From Lautropia mirabilis (GTDB lineage: Bacteria; Pseudomonadota; Gammaproteobacteria; Burkholderiales; Burkholderiaceae_E), in contig NZ_LR134378.1 of NCBI RefSeq assembly GCF_900637555.1, positions 3,050,784 through 3,074,783 of the forward strand: a stretch of DNA of 24,000 nt, given 5' to 3'. Each line of letters opens with the position of its first letter. The stretch's first letter is position 1. Positions 17,861 to 24,000 of this stretch are shown one piece after another. The notes beneath the pieces were generated by a model. It was not told where the DNA came from and did no database searches. It worked only from the letters and a program-made list of their open reading frames with translations. A program made the translations under genes and the position numbers.

Positions 17861-18331
17861 TCAACGTGGCGACCCATACCAAACATGAGATCCGTTACGG
17901 GGATTTGGGTGAAAATGAGTATAACGAGCCCCAGAACCGGCATGGAACTCACGAATCCCATTTCGACCAGCAATACGGGAGGCAATTGCTCGGCTGGGGG
18001 CCCAAACATTCGTAGCACCACGCGCAATCATGGCCTGCGCAACGCGCTGTGTAACCCAACGCTGCACGATGAATCTTGATGCAGTCATGACCCCAATTGC
18101 GACCAAGGGCGCTACCGAACCCTCAGTCTTCTCCATCTCCTGAGTCGACAGCACGGCCAGCTGCATCGGCTTGCCCGAAGCCTCGAACATGCTGTTGATA
18201 TCATCCTGACTGAAGGTACTGAGCTGGGGCGACAGGGGCGCAGTACTTACAGCGCTTTCACCGGCGTACGCCTGCGTGGAAACCATGCCGACAGCGGCCA
18301 GAACAAGGACCATGCGTTTGATCGTGCTCAT
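17861..18331 (-). CDS. Small secreted protein: signal peptide, acidic pro-region with leader-like motif LSTQEMEKTEG, very basic C-terminal part; candidate peptide/toxin substrate
   Basis: 156 aa from ATG 18331: MSTIKRMVLVLAAVGMVSTQAYAGESAVST...MFEASGKPMQLAVLSTQEMEKTEG/SVAPLVAIGVMTASRF...GSGARYTHFHPNPRNGSHVWYGSPR. GGAG RBS. Confidence 0.8.
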   Translation of the reverse strand: MSTIKRMVLVLAAVGMVSTQAYAGESAVSTAPLSPQLSTFSQDDINSMFEASGKPMQLAVLSTQEMEKTEGSVAPLVAIGVMTASRFIVQRWVTQRVAQAMIARGATNVWAPSRAIASRIAGRNGIREFHAGSGARYTHFHPNPRNGSHVWYGSPR

Positions 18332-18362
18332 ATAGACTCCATGTGGTCGAACACAATAACAA

Positions 18363-18383
18363 GCCTCGAAAGACTCCCGAGGC
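18363..18383 (-). other. Small intercistronic hairpin
   Basis: GCCTCG/CGAGGC, 9-nt loop; on the minus strand followed by TTGTTATT. Confidence 0.4.
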
Positions 18384-18418
18384 GCCGATGACGGTGTTGC
18401 CTCACCGCCAATCCCTGG

Positions 18419-18461
18419 GGCTGGTACATGATGAAAATCACCATGTACCAGCCTGTTTTTT
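18419..18461 (+). terminator. Plus-oriented intrinsic-terminator-like element between two minus-strand genes
   Basis: 12-bp perfect arms GGCTGGTACATG/CATGTACCAGCC, 11-nt loop, followed on the plus strand by TGTTTTTT. Confidence 0.65.
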
Positions 18462-18482
18462 CCCCTGTCACTACCCATGACG

Positions 18483-19277
18483 TCAGGGAATGCTTCTGAA
18501 ACTCAGTTGCTGCACCGCACCAACACTCTGCCGCCATGGTGCCCTGGAGAAATACGCTTCTGCCCTGCTCACATCCACCGATGCCGGCAGAACCGCCAGA
18601 AACTTGCCTGCCAGTTCGGGCTGATCCTTGCCATCACGGGTCTGCCACATGTCCAGAAACTGCGCGCGACTGTAGGTGCGATTCCCGAGGCTCGGATCGG
18701 CAAGCCACACCGTGTTGCCACTGATGCCACGCAGTACGCTGAAATGATCGTCCTTGCGTACCTTGATGTACACCACCACCGGCATCTTCAACCGGGCCAG
18801 TTGCTCCCAGCTGGCGGCAAATCCCTGTGCCCGAAAGCCAAACTTTGGCAGAGCGCGGGTCATGTCATCAAAGCTCGCCCGGGCATCGCCCTTGTCCATG
18901 GCCTTCAGCAACTGCTCCTCGGTCAGCTTCTGGCCGTAGAACCCGTTGAGCAACGTAGCCAACGATGCGGCACCACAGGAGTAATCCTGATCCTGCTTGA
19001 CGATCTGCCGGTCACGCAAGGTTTTCCAGCTTTTTACCGGAATCTGCCCCTTCACCACTTCGCTGGAGAGAATGAAGGCTTCCGGTCCGGGTTCAGGCTG
19101 CTTGCGCTTCGGCAGTAACGGAATGGCCTGCTTCCGCCCTTCTTCCTGCTTCGGGCTTCCGCCGGCCTCTCGTTCCCCAGAAGCCGATGAGCCGTCTTCT
19201 GCCCAAACGTCCTGGCTTTGCCACGCTGCAAGGCTCACACTCAGACTGACGACCAGAAGCATTCTGTCTGCAGACAT
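18483..19277 (-). CDS. C39-family (double-glycine type) peptidase with N-terminal signal peptide, predicted periplasmic
   Basis: 264 aa from ATG 19277: MSADRMLLVVSLSVSLAAWQSQDVWAEDG...IVKQDQDYSCGAASLATLLNGFYGQKLTEEQLL...KDDHFSVLRGISGNTVWLADPSLGNRTYSRAQFLDMW. C/H/D catalytic pattern of papain-like C39 domains. Confidence 0.85.
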   Translation of the reverse strand: MSADRMLLVVSLSVSLAAWQSQDVWAEDGSSASGEREAGGSPKQEEGRKQAIPLLPKRKQPEPGPEAFILSSEVVKGQIPVKSWKTLRDRQIVKQDQDYSCGAASLATLLNGFYGQKLTEEQLLKAMDKGDARASFDDMTRALPKFGFRAQGFAASWEQLARLKMPVVVYIKVRKDDHFSVLRGISGNTVWLADPSLGNRTYSRAQFLDMWQTRDGKDQPELAGKFLAVLPASVDVSRAEAYFSRAPWRQSVGAVQQLSFRSIP

Positions 19278-19296
19278 TCTCCCGCCCCTTTCACCA

Positions 19297-20175
19297 TCAG
19301 AACGTATACAACCAGTTGACCCGCATCTCGGCTCCCTGCCCGCCGGACGCATTGGTCTTGAGCGTGACGTTGAGGGTATTACCCGTGGCAAACCCATATC
19401 CGAAACCAAGCTGCAGATCTGTAGCGGTCCGATTGATTCCCATTGCGGCACCATTGAAGCGCTCCGCTGTCTGGCGCGTCCATTGCATGCCGGTCGTGAG
19501 TGTGACCCGATCATTGACGGCAAAGCCCACGGAGGGCGTCAGTATCAGCAGGTTGCCGCCCCTGGCAGTATCGGCACCATCACGGTAGCTGCGGCTGAAG
19601 CGGTAGGCCCCCGTCAGTGAAAACACGACCGGATCCAGTGCCTTGTAGGTAGTGAAGCCCAGCATGGCCGACCTGAATGACTTGCTGGATGAGCGCAGGC
19701 GCTGGCTGAGGGCCACTTCGGCAAAGCCAAGAAAGGCTGGGTAATCATCCTCCTCGCGGAACTGGTGGTTGATCCCCGCCCAGGTGTCTGCAAAATGGTT
19801 CAGGCGGTTGCTGCTGCGCCCAGCCGCGTCCCGAACCCGTTCACTGTCGTGGAGGTAACTGGTACGCAGCAGCACCTCGGTTTTGCCGGTGATGCCATAA
19901 CGCAGACCCAGTGTACCGACCAGTGTGTCGCGGTTGCTGGAGCGTTCGCCCACGGCGGTGGGCACCTGTACAAACGACGTCGGCCCGGTTTGTACGGAAA
20001 TGGGCTCGCCGGTAGAGACGCCTGTCTGGTCCACATTGGCGTAGGCAAAGGACAGATCCAGCTTGAATCTGCCCTTGTCGGTAACGAGGTCCTCAACCGT
20101 CAGCGGCAACTCAGCAAACGCTGATGCAGCATGACAAGAAAGCATGAGCAAAAGGACAAAATGTTGGCCACGCAC
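19297..20175 (-). CDS. Outer-membrane beta-barrel-like protein with signal peptide (GTG start)
   Basis: 292 aa, MRGQHFVLLLMLSCHAASAFAELPLTVEDLVTDKGRFKLDLSFAYANVDQ...; alternating amphipathic strands (LRYGITGKTEVLLRTSYLHDS, VTLTTGMQWTRQ, LQLGFGYGFATGNTLNVTLKTN) and C-terminal ...MRVNWLYTF with terminal Phe. AGGAG 5 nt before GTG 20175. Confidence 0.8.
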   Translation of the reverse strand: MRGQHFVLLLMLSCHAASAFAELPLTVEDLVTDKGRFKLDLSFAYANVDQTGVSTGEPISVQTGPTSFVQVPTAVGERSSNRDTLVGTLGLRYGITGKTEVLLRTSYLHDSERVRDAAGRSSNRLNHFADTWAGINHQFREEDDYPAFLGFAEVALSQRLRSSSKSFRSAMLGFTTYKALDPVVFSLTGAYRFSRSYRDGADTARGGNLLILTPSVGFAVNDRVTLTTGMQWTRQTAERFNGAAMGINRTATDLQLGFGYGFATGNTLNVTLKTNASGGQGAEMRVNWLYTF

Positions 20176-20189
20176 AACATCTCCTGCAA

Positions 20190-20300
20190 AAATAACCTGA
20201 ATGAATCATATTTTCACAAGAAAAAACACATTGTCAATATGAAAATATAACTTGTTATTTATCAATTTATAATTTGGATTTTTATCAAATTAGCGGCATT
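20190..20300 (-). promoter_or_regulatory. AT-rich promoter region of the island operon
   Basis: 10 of 60 bases are G/C in 20221-20280 (hand count). A minus-strand TTGACA lies at 20232-20237, with two plus-strand TTTATCAA octamers at 20258-20265 and 20281-20288. Confidence 0.5.
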
Positions 20301-20391
20301 TGACTCCAATCTCCGAATATCATGCTTTGCTCGTCCAGAGCACAGATTGAGGCACTGATCTGCCAGAGAGCGGCCCTGCCCCAAACGAAAA

Positions 20392-20427
20392 CGGCTTCTG
20401 CAGGACGGAGCCCGCCCGCAGAAGCCG
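20392..20427 (-). terminator. Terminator of the peroxiredoxin-glutaredoxin gene
   Basis: CGGCTTCTGC/GCAGAAGCCG 10-bp perfect arms; followed on the minus strand by TTTTCGTTT. Confidence 0.85.
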
Positions 20428-20485
20428 CATGGTCCTGGGGTTATGCCCCCACGGATTGGGGCAATTGTCCCCTGCAGCGCCAGCG

Positions 20486-21226
20486 TCAGCCCTGCACCTT
20501 GAAGTACGCCTCCAGATCGTCGCTGCCGCCGATGTGACGGCCACCGATGTAGACCTGCGGCACGGTGGTGCGACCGCTGATGGCGCGCACGGCCACGGTG
20601 CTGGCGTCACGGCCCAGCACGATCTCCTCGTAGGACAGGCCCTTTTCCTTCAGCAGGGCCTTGGCCTTGGCGCAGAAGGGGCAGCCCGGCTTGGTGAAGA
20701 TGGCCACGGACGGCGGCTGCTGGTAGTTCGGGTCCAGGTACTTCAGCATGGTGTCGGCATCCGACACCTCGAACGGGTCACCCGGCTTGTCCGGCTCGAT
20801 GAACATCTTCTTGACGGTGCCGTCCTCGACCAGCATCGAATAACGCCACGAGCGCTTGCCGAAGCCGAGGTCGTTCTTGTCCACCAGCATGCCCATGCCG
20901 GCGGTGAACTCACCGTTGCCATCGGGAATGACGCCGATGTTCTCGGCTTCCTGGTCGTCCTTCCAGGCGTTCATCACGAAGGTGTCGTTAACCGAGACGC
21001 ACAGGATGCTGTCGATGCCCAGCTTCTTGAAGACCGGGGCCAGCTCGTTGTAGCGCGGCAGGTGGGAGGACGAGCAGGTGGGCGTGAAGGCGCCCGGCAG
21101 CGAGAACACCACCACGCGCTTGCCGGCAAACAGTTCGTCGGTGGAAACATCCACCCAGGCATCGCCCGAGCGGGTATGGAAGACGACGGCAGGAACCTTC
21201 CTGCCTTCATGATTGGGGAGTTGCAT
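20486..21226 (-). CDS. Peroxiredoxin-glutaredoxin hybrid (Prx5/Grx; glutathione-dependent peroxidase)
   Basis: 246 aa: [22 protein letters not shown] (Prx), [24 protein letters not shown] and [25 protein letters not shown] (Grx). Confidence 0.95.
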   Translation of the reverse strand: MQLPNHEGRKVPAVVFHTRSGDAWVDVSTDELFAGKRVVVFSLPGAFTPTCSSSHLPRYNELAPVFKKLGIDSILCVSVNDTFVMNAWKDDQEAENIGVIPDGNGEFTAGMGMLVDKNDLGFGKRSWRYSMLVEDGTVKKMFIEPDKPGDPFEVSDADTMLKYLDPNYQQPPSVAIFTKPGCPFCAKAKALLKEKGLSYEEIVLGRDASTVAVRAISGRTTVPQVYIGGRHIGGSDDLEAYFKVQG

Positions 21227-21261
21227 GAGACGGATCCTCCGTTAGGGAAAGAGGCTGGATT

Positions 21262-22647
21262 TTACCAATGCACCCAGAGGCCATGGGCCAGAAGCCCGAT
21301 GATGAGAATGCAGGCAATGTTGAGCAGCAGGCCCACGCGCACCATCTCGCCCAGCCGGATCTTGCCGGTGGCATAGACGATGGCGTTGGGCGGGGTGGCG
21401 ATGGGCAGCATGAAGGCGCACGACGCCCCGCAGGCAATGATGGCAGCCAGCGCGATGTCGGGCAGCTGCAGCGTGCGTGCCACCGTGATGAAGATGGGCA
21501 TGAGCAGCGCCGCCGTGGCCGTGTTGGAGGTGAACTCGGTCAGGAAAACCACGAAGCTGGTGAGCGCCAGCATGATGATGACCGGGTGCTGATGCCCCAC
21601 GGCAGCCACGATGCTGTCGGCCAGGATCTTGCTGGCCCCGGTGTCCTTCATGACGATGGACAGCACCAGGCCACCGCCGAACAGCATCAGTACGCCCCAT
21701 TCGGTGTGCTCCTGGATCTGCTTCCAGCTGGCCGAACCGCCCACGCACATCACCACCACGGCCAGCATGGCAATGACGGAATCGATGTTCTTGATGGGCT
21801 CGGGCAGCGCCAGCAGCTGCTGCAGCGGTCCGACCACCAGCTTGCCCAGGATGAGCAGCACCGCCGTGGCAGCGAAGACGACCAGCGTGAACATCCGCCG
21901 GCCATCCAGCGGGATGTCCTCGATGTCGACGTTGAACGGCACGCTGAAGTCGGGGCGCAGCACCACCCACAGTGACAGCACCATGGCCGGCATCATCAGT
22001 GCCACCACCGGCATGCCGTACTTCAGCCAGTCGGCAAAGCTGATGTCGATCATCGTGGCCAGCAGCGCGTTGGGCGTGCTGCCCACCAGGGTGCCGATGC
22101 CGCCGATACTGGCGCTGAAGGCGATGCCCAGCAGCACGAAGGCGTAGAGCTTGCGGTTCTTCTCCACGTCCACCTGCCGCAGGATGCCCAGGGTGAGCGG
22201 CAGCATCATGGCGGCCACGGCCGTGTTGTTGACGAAGAGCGACAGGAACGCCGTGACGGCGAACAGGTAGAAGATGGTGAGCTTCAGGCTGCCGCCGGCC
22301 AGCCGGATGACGTGTCCGGCAATCCACAGGTCCAGCTTCTGGATGTGCAGCACGGCCGCGATGACGAAGCCGCCGAAGAACATGAAGATGACCGGCTCGG
22401 CAAAGGGCGCGAAGGCTGCCTTGGTGGACAGCACCCCCAGCCCGATGGCAAAGAGCGGGATCATCAGCGAGGTGACGGTGATGTGGAAGGCCTCGGTCAG
22501 CCACAGCACACCCACGAACACCAGCAGCGCCAGCCCCCGGTTCTCGACAGGCGAGAACGGCAGCCAGCGCAGCAGCAGGAAGAAGAGGACAAGATCGGCG
22601 GCCAGGATCAGCCAGCCGCGCCGATTGGCGACGACCGCGTCGGACAC
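21262..22647 (-). CDS. DASS/SLC13 family anion:sodium symporter-like permease
   Basis: 461 aa: RGLALLVFVGVLWLTEAFHITVTSLMIPLFAIGLG, LFVNNTAVAAMMLPL, LTSFVVFLTEFTSNTATAALLMPI, GASCAFMLPIATPPNAIVYATG. Confidence 0.93.
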   Translation of the reverse strand: MSDAVVANRRGWLILAADLVLFFLLLRWLPFSPVENRGLALLVFVGVLWLTEAFHITVTSLMIPLFAIGLGVLSTKAAFAPFAEPVIFMFFGGFVIAAVLHIQKLDLWIAGHVIRLAGGSLKLTIFYLFAVTAFLSLFVNNTAVAAMMLPLTLGILRQVDVEKNRKLYAFVLLGIAFSASIGGIGTLVGSTPNALLATMIDISFADWLKYGMPVVALMMPAMVLSLWVVLRPDFSVPFNVDIEDIPLDGRRMFTLVVFAATAVLLILGKLVVGPLQQLLALPEPIKNIDSVIAMLAVVVMCVGGSASWKQIQEHTEWGVLMLFGGGLVLSIVMKDTGASKILADSIVAAVGHQHPVIIMLALTSFVVFLTEFTSNTATAALLMPIFITVARTLQLPDIALAAIIACGASCAFMLPIATPPNAIVYATGKIRLGEMVRVGLLLNIACILIIGLLAHGLWVHW

Positions 22648-22766
22648 GATGAAAACTCCCGGAGGAAGAAGAGGAAGGCCGGAAGTATGTCATGCCCCAC
22701 CGGATAGGGACTTTCCCGAATGTGCCTGGCCGCCATCAGGACGCCTACCCATCCGCCAAATAGAAA

Positions 22767-22799
22767 GGACCGGCAAGGCCGCAGGGGCCGTGCCGGTCC
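22767..22799 (-). terminator. Terminator downstream of uppP
   Basis: GGACCGGCA/TGCCGGTCC arms with inner GGCC/GGCC pairing; minus-strand tail TTTCTATTT. Confidence 0.8.
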
Positions 22800-22831
22800 G
22801 GGATGGGAGGGATGTCGGGAAAGCCGGACGA

Positions 22832-23680
22832 TCAGTCCATGGCGCTGCCCCAGTGGAGCACGCCCGTGTAGGTGACCGCCAGGATGAGCAGGCCGAAGAT
22901 CACGCGGTACCAGGCAAACACGCGGAAGCTGTTGCTGGCCACGAAGCGGATGAGCCAGTGCACGCAGGCCAGTGCGCTGAAGAACGCGAAGATGGTGCCC
23001 ACGGCGAACAGCGGGATGTCGCCGGCGCTCAGCAGGTCGCGGCTCTTCCAGGTGTCATAGACACTGGCGCCGATGAGCGTGGGGATGGCCAGGTAGAAGG
23101 AGAACTCGGTGGCCACCTGCCGCGACAGGCCGAAGATCATGCCGCCGATGATGGTGGCGCCGGAACGGCTGGTGCCCGGGATAAGCGCGAAGGCCTGCGC
23201 CAGACCCAGCTTCAGCGCATCGACGGCGGTGAGGCTGTCGATGTCGGTGATGCGCGGCGCGATGTTTTCCTGGCGTTTTTCCACCAGGAAGATGATCAGG
23301 CCCCCCACCACCAGGGCGATGGCCACCGGCACCGGACCGAACAGGTGGGTCTTGATGAGCTTGCTGAACAGCACGCCCAGCACCGCCGCCGGGATGAAGG
23401 CGATGATGATGTTGAGCGCAAAGCGCTGCTGCACGCGGTCGGACGTGAGGCCGGCCAGCACCTTGCCGATGCGCTCGCGGTAGTACCAGATGACGGCCAG
23501 GATGGCGCCCGTCTGGATGGCGATGGCAAAGACGCTGGCTTTTTCGTCATCCCAGCCCAGCAGCGAGCTGGTGAGGATGAGGTGGCCGGTGCTGGAGATG
23601 GGGAGGAACTCGGTCAGGCCCTCGACAATGCCGAGGATGACGGCCTTGACCATCAGGGGGAGTGCGTAGAGGGATTCCAT
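22832..23680 (-). CDS. uppP: Undecaprenyl-diphosphatase
   Basis: From ATG 23680: [36 protein letters not shown]...[16 protein letters not shown]...; canonical BacA/UppP motifs. Confidence 0.96.
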   Translation of the reverse strand: MESLYALPLMVKAVILGIVEGLTEFLPISSTGHLILTSSLLGWDDEKASVFAIAIQTGAILAVIWYYRERIGKVLAGLTSDRVQQRFALNIIIAFIPAAVLGVLFSKLIKTHLFGPVPVAIALVVGGLIIFLVEKRQENIAPRITDIDSLTAVDALKLGLAQAFALIPGTSRSGATIIGGMIFGLSRQVATEFSFYLAIPTLIGASVYDTWKSRDLLSAGDIPLFAVGTIFAFFSALACVHWLIRFVASNSFRVFAWYRVIFGLLILAVTYTGVLHWGSAMD

Positions 23681-23776
23681 GGGGCAGGATGTTAACGCGC
23701 ATCGTGGCAGGCACGGTGCCAAATCCTGCCACTTTCACCGGCATCACGCCCCCTGGAACAGATTGATACAGAAAAG

Positions 23777-24000
23777 TCAGCCGCGCGACCACAGCCGATG
23801 GAAATGATGCACGGGTCCATGGCCCCGGCCATCCACCCGCCGCCCCACCGTGAGCTGGCTGGAGGCGGCCAGCGCGCCGGTGAGATAGTCGCGCGCGGCA
23901 CGGGCAGCGGCCGGCATGTCGGCCGACTGCGGGATGAGTGCGGCCAGCGCGGCCGACAGCGTGCAGCCGGTGCCGTGCAGGTTGTCGGTGTCGATGCGCG
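23777..24000 (-). CDS. thiD: Hydroxymethylpyrimidine/phosphomethylpyrimidine kinase, C-terminal fragment (runs off the window)
   Basis: The minus strand reads ...RIDTDNLHGTGCTLSAALAALIPQ...AARDYLTGALAASSQLTVG...GHGPVHHFHRLWSRG*; HGTGCTLSAA and GHGPVHHFHxLW are typical of ThiD. Confidence 0.88.
   Translation of the reverse strand, partial: RIDTDNLHGTGCTLSAALAALIPQSADMPAAARAARDYLTGALAASSQLTVGRRVDGRGHGPVHHFHRLWSRG

Noticed and set aside
18477-19118. 213-aa plus-strand ORF opposite the C39 peptidase
   Set aside because: The opposite strand encodes a clear signal peptide plus C39 catalytic motifs; the plus ORF is a shadow.
17225-20380. Integrase, transposase or CRISPR components inside the island
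   Set aside because: No ORF shows tyrosine/serine recombinase or DDE transposase features, and no regularly spaced repeats are present. Mobility is suggested only by the flanking duplication.
22274-23695. 473-aa plus-strand ORF opposite the DASS permease and uppP
   Set aside because: Antisense shadow across two well-supported genes and their intergenic terminator.

Overview
The window looks like a high-GC beta-proteobacterial (Burkholderiales-like) chromosome segment. Most of it is housekeeping or core metabolism: a DMT permease (partial), an ABM monooxygenase, a contiguous cydDC-cydAB-cydX cytochrome bd operon, tRNA-Gly(CCC), an RhtA-like exporter, an ABC exporter, a TIGR00645/YqhA-like gene interrupted by an in-frame TAG, a DUF318/ArsP-like permease behind a structured leader, thiS and thiG, trmB, an epimerase, a peroxiredoxin-glutaredoxin hybrid, a DASS/SLC13 anion permease, uppP, and the C-terminal part of thiD. 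The accessory part is a lower-GC, about 3.2 kb minus-strand island (about 17,225-20,380). Its flanks carry near-identical 35-nt copies of the 3' end of the peroxiredoxin-glutaredoxin gene. In transcription order it encodes an outer-membrane beta-barrel-like protein, a C39-family peptidase with its own Sec-type signal peptide, a small secreted protein with a leader-like motif (LSTQEMEKTEG) followed by a very basic 85-aa C-terminal part, and a small protein without an obvious signal peptide. I propose this as a candidate periplasmic-processing/secretion system for a peptide or toxin, with a possible immunity protein. Its function is inferred from sequence only.
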